A stretch of DNA of 27,609 bases from a virus (Duplodnaviria; Caudoviricetes): positions 1-27,609 of the IMG/VR virus record IMGVR_UViG_3300037422_000064. One strand, 5' to 3'. How positions within the stretch are numbered: position 1 is the stretch's first letter; the number at the start of each line of letters is the position of its first letter. Below the pieces are notes generated by a model, which was given only the letters and a program-made list of their open reading frames with translations, was not told the DNA's origin and made no database searches. Below, piece by piece: positions 1-7,450 of the stretch. The translations under genes and the position numbers were made by a program.

Positions 1-172
1 CGCCTGACGGGATGCTCGGTAACGTTAAAACGTCAACGTCGCCGATGTTGTTCGCGCCTGCCGGGATACTCGGCAGGGTCAAAACATCGACGTCACCGAT
101 GTTATTGGTCCCGGCCGGGATTGACGGAAGGGTCAGCACGTCGATGTCGCCGATGTTGTTTGTGCCTGCGGG
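1..172 (-). repeat. 54-bp coding tandem repeat (18 aa PAG[TA]NNIGD[IV]DVLTLPSI), 3 full copies plus the start of a 4th
   Basis: Units at 172-119, 118-65 and 64-11. Protein sequence is nearly identical between units while synonymous codons differ. Confidence 0.9.
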
Positions 173-310
173 AAGGGGTGCGCTGATAGCGACACTCGAT
201 CCGCTTACGTCTTGGATGGCCGTTCCTAAGTAGCTGGACACGGCTTCTGCTCGGCCCGCGAGGGCCAGCAGGAGCAACGTTGCGATGGTCTTCATGTTCA
301 TTTTCTTCAT
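2..310 (-). CDS. Secreted repeat protein, truncated at left window edge (not in ORF track)
   Basis: Manual translation: MKKMNMKTIATLLLLALAGRAEA|VSSYLGTAIQ...PAGTNNIGDIDVLTLPSI... The ATG at 310 overlaps the TGA of the upstream gene (ATGA). Signal peptide ends in an AxA site (AEA). Confidence 0.85.
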   Translation of the reverse strand, partial: MKKMNMKTIATLLLLALAGRAEAVSSYLGTAIQDVSGSSVAISAPLPAGTNNIGDIDVLTLPSIPAGTNNIGDVDVLTLPSIPAGANNIGDVDVLTLPSIPSG

Positions 311-762
311 CTCCTGATGGTGCATTTTGCTTTGTAGGTTCCGTCGGGCGAGCAGTTTGAGAATGTCGCTTTATGGGAGCCTAGCAAAATTCTTTCGCCG
401 GCCAGGCCGGTCCTGCCGACCAGGCGGCGTATATTTCCAAAGATGGGAAACTCGTCTGCATCGTTGGTTACTATTTCAAAGTCAAACGAGGCAGCGGCGC
501 TTGGAGGCACGAGGCCGCAATGAGTAATGGTTCCCGTCGATGAAAAGACGGCCGTTCCTGTGCCGCCTGCCGTCACGATAGAAACGGAAACGAGGTCAAA
601 TTCTGCCGTTGCTGTGATCGTGGCCGTGCCGATATCTACGCTGATCGGGTCGGCGTTTGCCACCTCGACCTGCTGGAGTTCCTGGTCCAGGTAGGAGCTC
701 GACTGCGCCCGTGCGGCTTGGGCGGCGGTCAGCAGGATGGCGACCAAAAGAAATTTTATCAT
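307..762 (-). CDS. Secreted beta-rich hypothetical protein (signal peptide), paralog of 759..1046
   Basis: MIKFLLVAILLTAAQAARA|QSS signal peptide; ATGA coupling at both ends; C-terminal domain resembles 759..1046. Confidence 0.8.
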   Translation of the reverse strand: MIKFLLVAILLTAAQAARAQSSSYLDQELQQVEVANADPISVDIGTATITATAEFDLVSVSIVTAGGTGTAVFSSTGTITHCGLVPPSAAASFDFEIVTNDADEFPIFGNIRRLVGRTGLAGERILLGSHKATFSNCSPDGTYKAKCTIRR

Positions 763-1046
763 CTGAAAAATAGTTTCATCTCGTAGGTGCCGTCTGTTCC
801 CGTGATCGTGAACGTGCAGTCGCCGTCGATCTTAAAGCGCGTGTCGACCTTCATGAGCTTCACTTTGACGTTGCGGGCGACAGCCAGCAAATGGCCGTCT
901 TCATCGATGGCTTGAAAGCTGTAATTTGCAGGGTCGGTCGGAGCGATGATCGAGATGCCGTCGCCCCATTGGGATCCCGAAAGCATAATAGACCCGGTCC
1001 CGCCGGAGACCACGATGTCGAAGACGTTGGACTTTTTGAGGGGCAT
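759..1046 (-). CDS. Small beta-rich hypothetical protein without signal peptide
   Basis: GGAGG RBS; TGATG overlap with upstream gene and ATGA with downstream gene; shares IVxxGGTG...DGTYxxK with 307..762. Confidence 0.8.
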   Translation of the reverse strand: MPLKKSNVFDIVVSGGTGSIMLSGSQWGDGISIIAPTDPANYSFQAIDEDGHLLAVARNVKVKLMKVDTRFKIDGDCTFTITGTDGTYEMKLFFR

Positions 1047-1333
1047 CAGTGACTAATGCCTCCGTTCTTTCTGCGTGCAGGTCGCCCGAGCAGTTGATCC
1101 ATGCCGTCAACCAAGTATTGAATATCGCGGCGCATGATTCCAAGTTCCACGTCGTGGCGGGCGGTGTGCGAGGTCGTGGCCTCGATGCGCGTTTCCATCT
1201 TTTCGGAGGATCGTTTCAGAGCATCGATCTCTGTGCGCGTTCCCGTGGTCCCGGCCGTCAGAAGACCGTAGGCTGTGCCGGCGCCGAAGGCTATACCGAC
1301 GACCCATTTGGCGATCTCGCCGCCGATTCTCAT
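1046..1333 (-). CDS. Single-TM plus coiled-coil membrane protein (holin/XhlA-like or inner spanin candidate)
   Basis: N-terminal hydrophobic segment WVVGIAFGAGTAYGLL followed by a heptad-like helix and a basic C-tail; located in the post-tail cassette. Confidence 0.55.
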   Translation of the reverse strand: MRIGGEIAKWVVGIAFGAGTAYGLLTAGTTGTRTEIDALKRSSEKMETRIEATTSHTARHDVELGIMRRDIQYLVDGMDQLLGRPARRKNGGISH

Positions 1334-1554
1334 AGACCAAAAGACCGGGGATCATGCCTGTCGATCTTTTGGTCTTCCTCTATGCTCATGACGCGCTCGA
1401 CGCATTGGTCGAGTTTAATCGCCATCTCGGTGTGAACCTGCGATAGATTCTTGACACGCTCCTGGCAGGCGGCCAGTTTCGTGGCGTCCTGGCCAGTGCA
1501 TCCACAGGCGAACATAACGGCCGCGGCGGCGATGGCGTAGGCGATATATTTCAT
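1330..1554 (-). CDS. Putative lipoprotein (outer-spanin-like candidate)
   Basis: Start reassigned to ATG 1554 (ATGA overlap, GGAGG RBS). MKYIAYAIAAAAVMFACG|C is lipobox-like and is followed by a short coiled coil with 2 further Cys. Confidence 0.6.
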   Translation of the reverse strand: MKYIAYAIAAAAVMFACGCTGQDATKLAACQERVKNLSQVHTEMAIKLDQCVERVMSIEEDQKIDRHDPRSFGL

Positions 1555-1709
1555 CGGCTGACCTCCGTGAAGCGTTTTTCCACAAGGTCGCAAAGGCTAC
1601 GAATAGCCGAGGCGATCTCGGGCTCTCCAAGGTCTTCAAATTTAAAGGCGACGTGCCGGATGCTGATGAGGCCGCGGATGACGGATTTCATGCCTTCGTC
1701 GACGATCAC
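1551..1709 (-). CDS. 52-aa hypothetical protein (not in ORF track)
   Basis: GTG 1709 overlaps the upstream TGA (GTGA), GGAGG RBS, and TGA 1551-1553 overlaps the next ATG. MIVDEGMKSVIRGLISIRHVAFKFEDLGEPEIASAIRSLCDLVEKRFTEVSR exactly fills the gap. Confidence 0.75.
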   Translation of the reverse strand: MIVDEGMKSVIRGLISIRHVAFKFEDLGEPEIASAIRSLCDLVEKRFTEVSR

Positions 1710-2956
1710 GCGATCCTCCGGGCCCAATAGGCGACGAGGAAATCGAGGCTGTTTTGGCGGTTGTCGGTGGCGCCGTCAAGTTGATATGGATTCCTCTGCC
1801 AGTGGAAGTCCTGCGGGGGCCTTTGCCACGCCGGCAGGGGTTGGGCGGCGTATTGTCGGCCGCCCCATTCGACTTTCTTAATCAACGGATTTTCCGTATT
1901 TCGGATCATCCCCGGGCCTTTGCCGTTGGGCATATCTGTGGCGGCCGTGAATTCAAGAAGGACCTGCTCGGCCAGTTCCTCTTGGCGCGATCCTACGGAG
2001 ACGCCGTTCATCTTGCAAAGAGCCACAAGGAGAGGGTTGGTCTTGCGTGCGTATTTCCCCGCGAGGATCCGCAGTCCCTCGCGGGCTTCGGGGTGGCCGG
2101 CGTCGTTGGGATAGGTCATGGCGCAGTAGGCGGCCGTCAGGAGGATGGCCATGTTGTCGTTGTAGTAGCCTTGCTTCCATAGGAAGTGGGTTTCGGTGCG
2201 GGCAAACTCGGGAGCGTAGTCCCGCGCGAGGTTGTACCATTGCGGGAGGCCGCGATGGATGAGGCCTAGGCGGGCCATCGCCGTGGCCGCCAGGTTGCGG
2301 ACAGGGGCCTGGAACGGGCCCGGCCGGCAGTCACCGTGGCGGGTAACGCTTCCGTCCCGGTTCTTGAGGCAGTAGCCGTCGGAGATAAAGCGTTGGGCGT
2401 ATTGGCCGATGCGACGGTCCTGTTCCGTGTTCAAAGGCAGATATTTGCTAGCCATAGCCACGCCGAAAATCCAACCGGCCAGGCTGTCGAGGCTGGCGTC
2501 TTCCCTTCTCAGGCGGCCGTCGGTGTCGTGCCAGTATTGGCCGGCCTTGCTCTCGTCGGGCTTGTAGACCGTGCCGTCATAGCGATTGGGCGTTATCCCG
2601 CGCAGGAGGATGTCGTCGGAGAAAAGAAGGAGCGCGTCCAGGGCATCTGAGGCCGCCTGCTTGGCTTCTGCGGTTGGTCTGGCCTTGTAGGCCATGACTC
2701 GCATGGCGGCGTAGATGCCCTGGTGGACGCATAGGTCGCCGAGGTCGTTTACAATGCTGTAAACGTAGAGGCCGCGGTCCTGCATGAAAGGCGCCAGGCC
2801 GCTGTCAAGGGCCGCCGCTAATTTTTCCATGCGGTCATGCTCGAGCGTTTCTCCGGGCCGTAGTTCCAGTGCCCGCGTGAACGGTTCGAAGGGCTCCGCG
2901 GCTTTGTTGGCGGCGTCGACGATTCCTAGCAAGGCGGCCTTGATCTTGGCGAACAT
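1706..2956 (-). CDS. Predicted (alpha/alpha)-toroid, six-hairpin glycosidase-like enzyme; function unknown
   Basis: Start reassigned to ATG 2956 (GGGAG RBS, 1 nt after the fibre stop). Helical protein with motifs GDLCVHQGIYAA, DASLDSLAGWIFG, GYCLKNRDGSVTRHG and PLPAWQRP..FHWQRNPY..DFLVAYW, recalled from an uncharacterised bacterial alpha/alpha-barrel family. Confidence 0.6.
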   Translation of the reverse strand: MFAKIKAALLGIVDAANKAAEPFEPFTRALELRPGETLEHDRMEKLAAALDSGLAPFMQDRGLYVYSIVNDLGDLCVHQGIYAAMRVMAYKARPTAEAKQAASDALDALLLFSDDILLRGITPNRYDGTVYKPDESKAGQYWHDTDGRLRREDASLDSLAGWIFGVAMASKYLPLNTEQDRRIGQYAQRFISDGYCLKNRDGSVTRHGDCRPGPFQAPVRNLAATAMARLGLIHRGLPQWYNLARDYAPEFARTETHFLWKQGYYNDNMAILLTAAYCAMTYPNDAGHPEAREGLRILAGKYARKTNPLLVALCKMNGVSVGSRQEELAEQVLLEFTAATDMPNGKGPGMIRNTENPLIKKVEWGGRQYAAQPLPAWQRPPQDFHWQRNPYQLDGATDNRQNSLDFLVAYWARRIA

Positions 2957-2957
2957 T

Positions 2958-4898
2958 TTAATTACTCCCGGCATATGTAATCGAGACTTCAAAGCTATAG
3001 GCGCTCGTCCCGTTGAGGGTCCTGGCAGTGCCGGTCTGTTGCCATGCTTGACACTCGACATAATCTCCGGCGACAAATCTCCAATGCGTGCCGAGACTGA
3101 TAATCGGATCGCCCGATCCCGTTCCGCTTTGCCCGCCGCTTGTTTCGTGCTGTTCTACCGCGATGACCGTCGCGCCGTTGACGATGAATCTGAGCGCGGC
3201 TGTTCCGTTCGCATTGCCAAGATCAAATTCTCCGTTGCAAAAGAGATTATAAAAACCAGTCCGGGGGATTGTCATCCTTGAAGGATTGACGCCGTTATCG
3301 TGATAGTTCGATGTGTCCCATCGCTCATTGAGTGACGGGGTTGTCCAGGTTGCGTTAGTGAGGCTTGTCCCGGATGCCTGATTCGCTCGGCATGAGTCGC
3401 CCTGATATTGCAAGAACGGCGTCGCCGCGCCGCTGTTGTGAATGACGAGGTCCGGGCTCGCTTGCCCGTCGAAGTCAAAGCAAAGAGCGTCGGATTCGCA
3501 TTCGGAAATGACGTAGTCTTGCGATCCGGCCATATCAAACTTCGCCTTGATCGCCCCGGTCCCGGCCGTCTGCCCGGCCCCGACTCTGATCGAAGTTGAG
3601 ACGACGAGTTGATTTGTAAACGTATTCCCGCCCGTGAATGTTTGCGTCGCGGCGAGGACCGCGTCGCCGCCGCCGGTCGAAATGCAGGAGCCCGCCGTCG
3701 TTATGCCGCCTTTGATAACCGCGCCGCCGACGGCTTGACCGGCCGAACAAGAGACCGTCGTCCCGGCCGTTGTGCCCTGCTTATAGACTCCCGAGACGTT
3801 GATATCGCCGCCGACGCCGAGCTTGTCAGTCGGAGTGCTCGACGATATTCCGACGTTGCCGCCGTCTTTGATCGTCATAGAGACGGCATCCGTCCAGACG
3901 CCGCCAACGAGCTTTATATCCTTGCCGGCCACGTTCGGGCTTATAAGCATATGCCCGACGGTATTTGAGAGCATAGAATCCCCGGCGACGGCGTTGCCGA
4001 TCGACCCGGAGAATGTCGTCATTCGATGTTCGCCGCCGCCCGCCGCGCCGTTTGCGACACGGACGGCCGTGTCGGCTGTGCCGGCATCGCCGTAGACGTC
4101 GAGATTGAATTGAGGGTTGTTCGTGCTAATACCGACTTCGCCTCCGGGGCTCTTGATAAAGAGATCAGCCTGCCCGCCGCTGACTCTCATGCTCGCGTCG
4201 ACGTTAGAGACCCAGGCATTCTCGGTCTGACTTGATTCGAGGGCCATCGTCGAGAATGTCGCGTCGGTTAGTTGAAGCTTGCGTACGAGCGACGACGTCG
4301 TGACGGGGAAAGTTAAATCAAGCGTATAGGTCGGGTCGGCGTTATTGATACCGAGGCGGCCGTTCTTAACGGCGAGCGTCGAAGTCCCGACGGAGAATTG
4401 ACTCCCGACGATCGTGCCCGTGCCCGTCGTTATCAGTTGCCCGGCGATGTAGGCCGTACCGACGTTATGCAGGGGATACAGCGGGAGGCTCGTCCCGATC
4501 CCGAGCTTGCCGCCTTGCGTGAATCTCCAAAGCTCCGAGCCCACGTTATTGCGGCCCGAGACGATTGGATGATTGTCCGTCGCGGTCGTGCTCTTGAAAA
4601 TTGTCGACGAGGCGATGCTGATATGATCGACCGTCGAGACCGCGCCGATCGTCGAGACGTAGAGCGTCCCTATGTTGCCGGTGCTGAACGTCGAATTGAC
4701 GATCGTCCCCGTCGATATCTTGTCGAAGGTGCGGTTGATGCATCCCAGGAAAAATGTCCCCGTCGCGTCCGCCCTGATCTTCTCGAGAGTGAGGGCGCCT
4801 GTCGTATCTTGGCATCCCTGGCCGGCGGCTCGCGCGGGTATGCGCGAAGCTCCTAAAAGACCCAGGATGATTGCGGAGACGGTTAAAATCTTTTTCAC
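2958..4898 (-). CDS. Tail fibre/receptor-binding protein with N-terminal Sec signal peptide and C1q-like C-terminal head
   Basis: Follows the hub gene; GTG start with GGAGGT RBS and GTGA overlap. Four Gx[LV]GI repeats (GKLGIGT, GRLGINN, GEVGIST, GNVGISS), a QTFTGGNTFT fibre motif, and a C-terminal RMTIPRTGFYNLF...GDYVE C1q/TNF-like pattern. Confidence 0.75.
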   Translation of the reverse strand: MKKILTVSAIILGLLGASRIPARAAGQGCQDTTGALTLEKIRADATGTFFLGCINRTFDKISTGTIVNSTFSTGNIGTLYVSTIGAVSTVDHISIASSTIFKSTTATDNHPIVSGRNNVGSELWRFTQGGKLGIGTSLPLYPLHNVGTAYIAGQLITTGTGTIVGSQFSVGTSTLAVKNGRLGINNADPTYTLDLTFPVTTSSLVRKLQLTDATFSTMALESSQTENAWVSNVDASMRVSGGQADLFIKSPGGEVGISTNNPQFNLDVYGDAGTADTAVRVANGAAGGGEHRMTTFSGSIGNAVAGDSMLSNTVGHMLISPNVAGKDIKLVGGVWTDAVSMTIKDGGNVGISSSTPTDKLGVGGDINVSGVYKQGTTAGTTVSCSAGQAVGGAVIKGGITTAGSCISTGGGDAVLAATQTFTGGNTFTNQLVVSTSIRVGAGQTAGTGAIKAKFDMAGSQDYVISECESDALCFDFDGQASPDLVIHNSGAATPFLQYQGDSCRANQASGTSLTNATWTTPSLNERWDTSNYHDNGVNPSRMTIPRTGFYNLFCNGEFDLGNANGTAALRFIVNGATVIAVEQHETSGGQSGTGSGDPIISLGTHWRFVAGDYVECQAWQQTGTARTLNGTSAYSFEVSITYAGSN

Positions 4899-7450
4899 GA
4901 TAAGACCTCCTCGAGCAACATCTCAGCCTGGTTGGCGTCCAGATTCGGTTTGTATTCTACCACTTTCATGTCAAGATCGCGGGCCAGGACGTTTTGGGCC
5001 TCGCCGGCCATGAAATAGGCGAAGCCGGCCTGCAATGGATCCCCGGCGATGGTCTGCTTCAATAGCGGATGGTCAAAGACGGAGACCGTTATCACGTCGG
5101 AAAGTTCAAGCCACGGGATGATCCATGTCGATATTCGCAGTTTTCTTTTCGGCCTAAAGCCAGCCTCGTAAATTGCCTGGGCCCGGCCGCGACCAATGTT
5201 CACGTCGTTTGCCAGGAGCAGTTCATAGGCTTCATCTTGAACGATGCGGCCGTACTCCTGCTCGGATGTCGGGCTGGCTTCGCCGGCATCTGCCCCATCG
5301 TACTCATTAAAATATCCGTTATATCGGACGCGCCCGACGTTGATTATGTCTTCAAATCCCTGGTCGGCTTCATTTACGCTGATGATGGCATTCTCTTGGT
5401 TAATCTCCAATATCGGAGAAGGCGTCACATCCTTGGGTCTGAAAAAGAATTTACCATCCCCGTCGAGGCCCATTTCGTAGTTTGAAATCTGGGCATAAAC
5501 TTCTATCGCGTCGAAGCAGTTTTGTCCTGAGAAGTTGGCAAGGGCCACGAAGACTTGCGTGTTCTGGAAATTGGCGACCAGCTTTTGAGTCTCCGGGCTT
5601 GTCCATGATCCAGAGGCCGGCGTAATTTCGACCTTGATTTTCAAGTACCTTTTCAATGCCGACAATATTTCCCCAGCCCCGCCTACGGCAACATAGGCAT
5701 CGTAGGGCCCGCCGGAAATGCTGGCGACTGCTGTTGAGTAGGTTATTGTGCCGCTGTTTAAGACGTGTGTCCTTTCCAAGATTCCCCAGGACGTAGGTGC
5801 GGCCAGAAGATCAAATTCCTCAGATTCATAGACTGCGGCGGCATCGCTCGCGGCCACGGCCGATCCGTCGAGCTCTTGGGTCCAGTGGATTTCGTCGATG
5901 ATGAATCCAGAGGAAACTCCGGTCGAAGCATTGACCTGATTGACGCAGAGCATCATGTGCGTATTGGTCGAGTGCGTTGTGTCGGTCGCCGTCATTATAA
6001 GAGAGCCATCATCGTAGACGTTGAAGTTTCCGCTGGCATCTCGGGTCACGCGGATATCTCCGACGGACGTGAATGCCGTAGAGCTCGCCAGGACGGTTTC
6101 AACCGTTCCGCTGACGGTGTATTTCACTAATTGGATTGGCACTCCCAAGCCGCCGCCGCCGCCCAAAACCTTTAGGGCGTAACCGTTTCCTGTCGGGAAA
6201 TTGCCGCTGAAGGCGTTGGAGTCCAAGAAAAAATACCATCGAACGTCATTTCCGACGGAGGATGGATTGAGTTGGTCAAGACCAAACTTGTCGACCTTAA
6301 ACCTCCATGATCCCGTGTTCTTTGCGACGCGCCAAGGAACGGAAACAAGGATATTCCCGTTTGCAGTTGATGGATGCGTTACGGTGAATTTGCCGCTGGA
6401 AACGGATACCGTCCCGCCGGTGTTGACGTGGACCGTCCATGTCGGGTCTAAGGTATAATCTCCGTCGGTGAAATTGTCCTGTAAGAACCACTTGCGGATG
6501 ATAGACCCTGGGAAGGCATCGGTCGAGATGTTGGTCTTAGCGGCTCCGGCGGCCTCCCATTGCGCTTCGGTGTCGATAGTCTTTGAGCCTGAAACGCCTC
6601 CGGGGAACGTGACAGGAACGATTGTCCTTTCGCTCGATATGATTCCTGCTTCTTCGCAGAGATCGGCCACGAGGCTTTCGATGGCTTGGTTTGTTTTCCA
6701 GCGAAGTCCGGAGGCTTTCACTGTGTGACCTGCCGTCGGAGCTGTCGTAAATGTTATGCGTGCTCTGCCGGTAACTCCCGGCTCAACGACTTGATTCAGG
6801 TTATCGACGCGCCAGTCCGTGCCTTGCGTCAGGCTGGATGCGTTCACTTGAACGTCGGTCAAATGGTCCACGCCGACGGATGTTGTTTCAAAAACTTTAT
6901 TGCTCCCATCGCCTGTGGCGGGAATACAGTTTTCCAAGGTGAATGTGAACGAGACTTTTTCGGCGTCTGCGTTTTCAAGAAGAAGGCCGCGGCTTGTCAC
7001 TTCGAGGACGACCTCGTCATCTTTGGAAGTCGGCCTGGAGCGCACTATAAGGCCCGTGAATAAGGCGGTGTATTCCTTCGTGCCGTCTTGCTTGAGGTAG
7101 CCGAATTGGACCTGAACCTGGGTCTTATAGAGGCGATAGCCGAGGGTGGCAATGGCATCGGCCGCGAATATCGACGGCGGCGCGGTGCCCTGGATCCATT
7201 CGTTGTTGGTATTGTCAAGCCGGACGGAAATCTGAGATGTGCGGTAGACGTTGGCGCGGGGCGTGTCGAGTTGCATGGGAATGGGCCCCACGCCGATGAT
7301 CTTGGAGTCGTCGAGGTCGGTCCAATTGGCCTCGTAGACGAAGGCTGATCCGTTCCAATAACGCCGCTTATATGATACTTTTCTGAAATCCCGGCCGCCC
7401 TGCTTTTTTTGCCAGACGTCTTTGAAGGCTTGGGAAACGGGGCGAGCCAC
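4895..7450 (-). CDS. Tail tip/baseplate hub (Tal-like) protein with inserted beta-sandwich domains
   Basis: Start reassigned to GTG 7450 (TAGTG overlap); the longer ORF-track N-terminus overlaps Dit and is Arg-rich noise. Hub-like segments LFTGLI, LDGDGKFFFRP, SEQEYG and PWLELSDVITV; position after TMP and Dit. Confidence 0.7.
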   Translation of the reverse strand: MARPVSQAFKDVWQKKQGGRDFRKVSYKRRYWNGSAFVYEANWTDLDDSKIIGVGPIPMQLDTPRANVYRTSQISVRLDNTNNEWIQGTAPPSIFAADAIATLGYRLYKTQVQVQFGYLKQDGTKEYTALFTGLIVRSRPTSKDDEVVLEVTSRGLLLENADAEKVSFTFTLENCIPATGDGSNKVFETTSVGVDHLTDVQVNASSLTQGTDWRVDNLNQVVEPGVTGRARITFTTAPTAGHTVKASGLRWKTNQAIESLVADLCEEAGIISSERTIVPVTFPGGVSGSKTIDTEAQWEAAGAAKTNISTDAFPGSIIRKWFLQDNFTDGDYTLDPTWTVHVNTGGTVSVSSGKFTVTHPSTANGNILVSVPWRVAKNTGSWRFKVDKFGLDQLNPSSVGNDVRWYFFLDSNAFSGNFPTGNGYALKVLGGGGGLGVPIQLVKYTVSGTVETVLASSTAFTSVGDIRVTRDASGNFNVYDDGSLIMTATDTTHSTNTHMMLCVNQVNASTGVSSGFIIDEIHWTQELDGSAVAASDAAAVYESEEFDLLAAPTSWGILERTHVLNSGTITYSTAVASISGGPYDAYVAVGGAGEILSALKRYLKIKVEITPASGSWTSPETQKLVANFQNTQVFVALANFSGQNCFDAIEVYAQISNYEMGLDGDGKFFFRPKDVTPSPILEINQENAIISVNEADQGFEDIINVGRVRYNGYFNEYDGADAGEASPTSEQEYGRIVQDEAYELLLANDVNIGRGRAQAIYEAGFRPKRKLRISTWIIPWLELSDVITVSVFDHPLLKQTIAGDPLQAGFAYFMAGEAQNVLARDLDMKVVEYKPNLDANQAEMLLEEVLS

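Noticed and set aside
1-172. Possible CRISPR array
   Set aside because: Contiguous 54-bp coding repeats with synonymous variation and no unique spacers.
12-233. Plus-strand 73-aa repeat ORF
   Set aside because: Mirror of the minus-strand repeat gene, which has the coupled start and the signal peptide.
2958-3420. Diversity-generating retroelement target in the fibre tip
   Set aside because: No reverse transcriptase and no second near-identical template repeat seen in the window; the tip looks C1q-like.
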